Positions 57,901 to 64,000 of a stretch of DNA of 64,000 nucleotides are shown piece by piece (positions within the stretch are counted from its first letter, which is position 1; every line of letters starts with the position of its first letter). Source of the DNA: Azolla caroliniana (taxonomy: Eukaryota > Plantae > Polypodiophyta). The notes under the pieces were generated by a model. It did no database searches. It saw only the letters and a list, made by a program, of their open reading frames with translations, and was not told the DNA's origin. Both the position numbers and the translations under genes were made by a program. Location: the NCBI GenBank assembly GCA_043228905.1, contig JBHGNT010000002.1, positions 27,590,001-27,654,000 on the forward strand, in the 5' to 3' direction.

Positions 57901-60900
57901 TCTGCAGCACCCTCTCGTAGTCGTCAATGTGTGTCGCCATGAATTTCCAGCATCCGTCCGGTCTGATCGTTTCGTCCTTTTCCTCCACCGGACATCCCTT
58001 GATCGGGATATCGTCCAAGAATGGCATGGTGACGTCCGGGATACAATCCCTCAGCACGTTGTTCATCGCATTCACCATGTGGGCCACCGAGTTCGTCCCT
58101 CCTTGTGGCAGGGTACACATCCGCACTAGGCCGAAAGGAGTCTGCATCGTCGTAATGTCTCTGCTCTCTACGGCTAGTTGGAACTGATCGTAACCCGAGT
58201 ACAGATCACCGATCGAGTAGATCAACCTTCCGGCGAAGGCCTTCGCGAACTCGTCTATCGTTGGTCCGATTCCTGCGTTCTGAATGGTCACTCTATTGAC
58301 CGGTTGCAGGTCTTGAATGAAGCGCAACGTCCCGTTTTTCTTCGGTACAGTGTCGTGAAGAAAACCGTCCACGAGCGGAATCGGTGCACCGGAGCGTAGA
58401 AACCGACTCTTCATGCACGTGCGCCTTAAGTTGTACATAGGAGATCCTAGGTAGATTCGGTAGGTAGGGAGTAAAGGGGAAACGGCTCCTTCCTTGCCTA
58501 TAAAAGGAGGGAGACGAGGAGGGGCGAAGGATCGCGGGGAGTCGAGGACGAAGTGCTGTCGGTTTGCTTGTGAAGGCTTCTCTCTCTCTCTTTCTGGTTG
58601 CAAACGCCATAGCTTCCTTCTGTGTAGGTTTCAGGAGGCTCGTGCTGCTCTGAGGAATGCCTGAGTGCTTCCGGCAGCACCTCCAGCCTACTCCTTCCTC
58701 TCTGTGCGTTTACGAGTAGGTATCGGCATCTGTTCGCCGGCCTGTTCGGTTGTAACCGACCTCATGTTTCGTTGTCTTCGTGTTCTTGTTGTTTGTCTTG
58801 TCAATACATACATACATTCGTGTCTTTCTGTGTCGTTGTCCCACTTGCGTCTTTGCGTCGAAGGGCCGTGTCCCTGTGAATCTACGCTCGCACATAGAGG
58901 GATTCTTCCCCTCCTCTCTAGCTCTTTGGTACAGGACCCCCGAGGTTCCGCCTCATTCCACGCATCCGCGAGGAATACCTCGACATCTTGGTGAACCGTC
59001 GAGCGCGCCATACTCGAACCGATGGTTTACCGTACCAAAGAAAAACAGGACATTGCGCTTCATTCAGGACCTGCAGCCGGTCAACAGAGTGACCATTCGG
59101 AACGCAGGAATCGGACCGACCATAGACGAGTTCACGGAGGCCTTCGCCGGAAGGTCGATTTACTCGGTCGGTGATCTGTACTCGGGGTACGACCAGTTCC
59201 AGCTAGCCGTGGAGAGCAGAGACATTACGACGATGTGAACTCCCCTCGGCCTAGTGCGAATGTGTACCCTGCCACAAGGAGGGACCAACTCGGTGGCCCA
59301 CATGGTGAATGCAATGAACAAGGTACTGAGGGATTGCATCCCGGACATCACCATGCCATTTCTAGACGACATTCTGATCAAGGGGTGCCCGGTAGAAGAG
59401 AGGGACGCCACACTCGGACCAGACGGGTGCCGACGATTCGTGGCAACACACATCGACGACTGCGAGAAGGTGCTACAAAGGCTAGAGGATGCGAGGCTCA
59501 CCTTCTCCGGGGAGAAATCGGAAATCCTGGTGGTCGAACACCTATGTGGACCATATGGCCGGAAGCCGTCTCCGGCAAAGGTAGAAGCCATCTCCGCGAT
59601 GAAGACCGACTGTAGCTCGGTTACGGAAGTTCGGAGGTTCCTGGGGGCATGCGCATTCTACCACATATGGATCCCGCATTACGCCCACGTTGCGGAGCCG
59701 CTATACGGGTTGCTGAAGAAAGGGCGAAAATTCGAGTGGCAAGACGAGCACACGGAGTCGGTCCGGAAGCTGAAGGAAGCTCTTGCGGCAGCACCGGCGC
59801 TCCGGAAGGCTGTCTACGAGAAGGGTACCCCAGTATACATAACGGTGGATACGAGTCCGACCGGGATCGGATGGGTCGTCAACCAAGAAGACGGGGACGG
59901 CATTCGGTTCCCGGTCCGATTCGGCGCGAAGGTCCTCAGTGAACGACAGCGAGGGTACGCCCAGGTTAAACGCGAACTCTAGGGTATCGTTTCGGCAGTA
60001 AAGGTCGACAAAGACTACCTGATCGGGACAGAAGTGGTTATCGAGACAGATTGCCTGCCGATTCTCGGCATGGTTTCCGGATGCGCGACACCGGACCTGG
60101 CGATGCTCAGGTGGATAGCGTACATCAAGTCCCTGGACCCGGAAATACGACACATTTCCGGAAAAGACAACGCCATGGCCGACATGCTTTCGAGGGCGAG
60201 GTTTGATGACGAGGGCGGCATGGTTTCAGAGGACGAAGAAGTCAGCGTGGAATTCTTCGAGGCGGCGTACGTGACGACCGACGGGGCGAGCACTCCGGCA
60301 CTTAATGGCTTCAACGAGAGCAAGTACGACGGCGAGTGGCTACAGATCGGTGGATTTTTGAGGACAATGACGCCGGATGCGTCATGGACGAAGGACGAGG
60401 CCAACCGGATTCGGAAGAAAGCATACTGATTCTTTCTCCGGGACAGATACTTATGGAAGCACCCGAAGAAGAGGAACGGCGTCCCGCTCCGGGTGGTGGC
60501 AATGAAGGAAGAACAGGAGGAGCTGCTGACGGCCTACCACGACAGCCCTTGGGCTGGACACCGTGGAACGTGGGCCACGTTCAAGAAGATAAAGGGGAAG
60601 TACTGGTGGCCGGGACTGTACCGGGACGTGCATCGGTTCGTGACAACTTGCGAGAGCTGTCAGATGCACTCCATAGTCCGGCATCGGGACGTACCCTCCA
60701 ACCATCCACTTCAAATGGATGGTAGATCTGGTGACGATGCCGATGGGCGTCGGACAGATGCGGTATCTGGTCCTGGCTCGGGAAGATCTGACGAACCAGG
60801 TGGAAGGCCGAGCCCTTCAGAACAAAACGACCATGGCCGTATGTCGGTTCCTGATCGAGGACGTGATATGCCGGTACGGGTGCATCGGGAAGATCGTGGC

Positions 60901-63900
60901 CGATCGCGGGGAGTTGGACGCCGAAGAGGCCGAGGAGCTGTTCGATCGGCTAGGAGTCAAGCTCTCGCTTACCACTGCGTACAATCCGGAGGCGAATGGG
61001 AAGGTGGAGCGCGGACACAGACCGATCGTCAAGGCGTTAGTTCGGGCATGCGGAGGTCAAGTCGGGAACTGGCCGCGGCTGTTGCCTTACGCGTTGTGGG
61101 CGGACCGAACTACGCACAGTTCGGTAACCGGATTCATGCCGGCAGAACTCATGTTTGGGCAGAAGCCGGTCATGCCGATGGAACGTACGATCTCCTCGTG
61201 GGCAACCGTGGACTGGAGAGACGAGATGAGCCGGGAGGAGCTGCTGGCGGCGCGTATACGACAACTCGAGCGAAGACCGGAGGACGTGGAGCAGGCTGCG
61301 GAAAAGCTTCGGGAAGCAGGGATGAGGAACAAAGCCCGGTTCGACCGAACGCACCGGCTCCGACCGAAGAAGATCGAGGAAGGCGACTGGGTGCTAGTCT
61401 ACAACAGCAGCCTTGACAACCAGCACCGAGCGACACGGAAGTTCGCAAGAAGGTGGTTCGGGCCTTACGTGGTACAAAGCGCCAACGACAACGGGACGTA
61501 CCATCTGGCGGAACTCGACGGTACGAGAATGGCGATACCAGTAGCTAGGAAGCGGATCAAAGCGTTCAAGAAGCATCACGACGACGAGCCGGATCCGGTT
61601 GACTTGGACCGTGACGACGAACGATCCGAAACCGAGGAAGAACCGATGGGCGGAGAATGAAGGCTGGACTGGTTTTCTCCGTCCCAACACAATTTGGCGC
61701 ATGCCGGTGGATGCGCGGTTAGGTGGGGGCGGATGTCGTGAAGAAAACCGTCCACGAGCGGAATCGGTGCACCGGAGCGTAGAAACCGACTCTTCATGCA
61801 CGTGCGCCTTAAGTTGTACATAGGAGATCCTAGGTAGATTCGGTAGGTAGGGAGTAAAGGGGAAACGGCTCCTTCCTTGCCTATAAAAGGAGGGAGACGA
61901 GGAGGGGCGAAGGATCGCGGGGAGTCGAGGACGAAGTGCTGTCGGTTTGCGTGCGAAGGCTTCTCTCTCTCTCTTTCTGGTTGCAAACGCCATAGCTTCC
62001 TTCTGTGCAAGTTTCGGGAGGCTCGCGCTGCTCTGAGGAATGCCCGAGTGCTTCCGGCAGCACCTCCAACCTACTCCTTCCTCTCTGTGCGTTTACGAGC
62101 AGGTATCGGCATCTGTTCGCCGGCTTGTTCGGTTGTAACCGACCTCATGTTTCGTTGTCTTCGTGTTCTTGTTGTTTGTCTTGTTAATACATACATACAT
62201 TCGTGTCTTTCTGTGTCGTTGTCCCACTTGCGTCTTTGCGTCGAAGGGCCGTGTCCCTGTGGATCTACGCTCGCACGTAGAGGGATTCTTCCCCTCCTCT
62301 CTTGCTCTTTGGTACAAGACCCCCGAGGTTCCGCCTCATTCCACGCATCCGCGAGGAATACCTCGACAACGGTAAACCACCGGTTCGAGTACGGGGCACT
62401 CGACGGTTCGAGGATGCCCATATCGACTTTCTGCCTCAACAGCTCCATCAGCTCCGGGATGTGACCTCTCGGTACCGGAATTGGTTTGAGATTCCACAGC
62501 ACATGCGATACCGTGAATATCACCATCGGCTTCACGACTATCGGGTCTACGCACCCAATCTCTTCCGGTGAGAATGCGAAGGCTTTCTCGTGCCTTCCGA
62601 GCATTCTCTGAAACCGGTCTTCTTCCGCCGGCAGTAGGAAACCGCCCCCACCGATTTTGAGCTCCCGTAGCGTTCTGTCGGTGAAGGTGTGTCCTATGCA
62701 GGCCGGATCTCGTAAACTGGGGTCCGACGCGACCCCCTTGATTCGCAACTCGCTGCCCTCCGGTAAGGGTGTCGTGACTGGCCTTACCTTCCGGTCCACA
62801 GTCTTGTACTTCGTGTTAACCCGGGCCGTCCGATCCAACTCGAGCCCCCGATTGAAGTCCGCGATGACTTCGTACATCTCTTCTGAACAAACCGGTATCA
62901 TTCGGTCCTCTTTAAGGCCTTCTCCGACCACCTCTCGCAGTATTCCCAAGGTATCGTCGAAGGAGACCGCCTCCACGGCTCCGTTGATTTCCTCGCTGGG
63001 CCCGAGAACTCTGCACGCCCGAAGTCGCTCTTCCACCCTTGTCTTTTCTCGGCCAACGACGCCGACTATCGTACACCCTCCGTTGTCGGAGAAACAAAAC
63101 TTCCTACTTATGGTACAAGGTTTCTTCGGTTTCGCCTCTATCGTACATTTGTGGGGTTTTCCCGGAGTGTCCGGACTGTCTCGGCCCCATGCCTTGACAG
63201 CCCTCTCTAAAAATCCTCTCAGTTCTCGCCACCGAGGGACTCGCGGTTTCGCTCGTGGTTCGGTCGCACCGTCAGGAACTGGACCGAATGACGCCCGTCC
63301 TGACTCTTGACCCTCGCGTAAGCCGACCCGTTGTCCAGCACCTTGGTCTCCATCCGCGCTGCCGTAATGTACGGTTCTCCCAGTATGACCGGGTGCGAGG
63401 ACGTCTCCTGCACAAAGAAGTGTTGATCTATCTCGATGTCGCCGATCTTAACTCGCACGTTTGGGCAGGCCCCGTGTAGTTCCTCGATGGCGCGCGTCGC
63501 CGCCCGTATCTTCCACCCGTGCTTGGTGTTGATCGGCCATTTCCCCTTCTTGTAGAAGTCCATGGACATCAGGTTTATTTCCGAACCGTGGTCCACCAAC
63601 GCAACCACCGGTTCCTAAACATCTCCGATCTTCACCAGGGTTTCTGTGGTCGCTCGGGCCAGTGTGGCCTCGAATAGTGGCTCTCCGCCCACTCATCTTC
63701 CAGCGCCATGTCCTCTATGTGCGTCGTCCGCACCTCCACCGGCCTTTCCGGTTCTGCCTCCGTCGACAGCCTCTTCCTTTTCACCAAGTCCACGATGGAG
63801 TCGTGGAACTCCTTCTTGGCGATTCCGAGCACCTCCCACAACGACAGTTCCACCTTGCTGTCGAGGATTCGTTCTTCCAGGACCTTTCGTAGGTCCGTGG

Positions 63901-64000
63901 TCCTTTCGATCTCCGTGCCCAAACGGTATCCGCCCTTCTTGTGGTTATCCCGGGCACTGGACTCACCGGCCTCGTTCCGTTTCGGCCCGAATCGGGTTTT
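54975..64000 (-). mobile_element. Moderately decayed copy of the tRNA-Trp gypsy lineage (3' LTR 54975-55625; pol 55700-58350 and 62373-63216; gag-PR to window end)
   Basis: Colinear with 26620-30960, with the same PPT at 55626. It has frameshifts and stops. The left flank is GCGG. Confidence 0.93.
58351..62368 (+). mobile_element. Internally deleted (gag/PR-less) gypsy of the same lineage, 635-bp LTRs, TSD ACGG (left copy ACAG)
   Basis: LTRs at 58351-58985 and 61734-62368. The truncated PBS TGGTGAACC joins directly to the RT codons EPSSAPY. RT-RH-IN has several lesions. PPT at 61717-61733. Confidence 0.93.

Noticed and set aside
57374-63036. ORFs 57374-58603 and 62071-63036 as novel fusion proteins
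   Set aside because: They merely read across the junctions between the host RT and the inserted LTRs.

Overview
Plant genomic DNA, probably from a non-seed land plant such as a fern (inferred from the gene and TE types). The window holds one intact host gene, a three-exon class-C auxin response factor (ARF10/16/17-like, about 875 aa, 9804-13167) with a miR160 site. Its flanks are AT- and microsatellite-rich and carry LINE remnants. From about 15.5 kb to the end is a deeply nested transposon cluster. It includes a decayed Copia, and an old Copia carrying a near-intact young Copia whose 5' LTR in turn carries an intact Ty3/gypsy. It also has a triple-nested set of solo LTRs, and a Tf1/Tcn1-like Ty3 interrupted by a hAT-like MITE, which holds an unclassified TIR element, which holds a Copia LTR. 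Two more copies of the young gypsy lineage are nested in opposite orientation. That lineage is the most striking system here. It is primed by tRNA-Trp and has a gag-PR ORF joined to RT-RH-IN by a candidate -1 frameshift (G GAU UUU plus a stem-loop). Its catalytic motifs are FLDD and DHG, and its LTR interiors vary between copies. All 7 insertion sites of this lineage and related LTRs have a 4-bp target centred on CpG.
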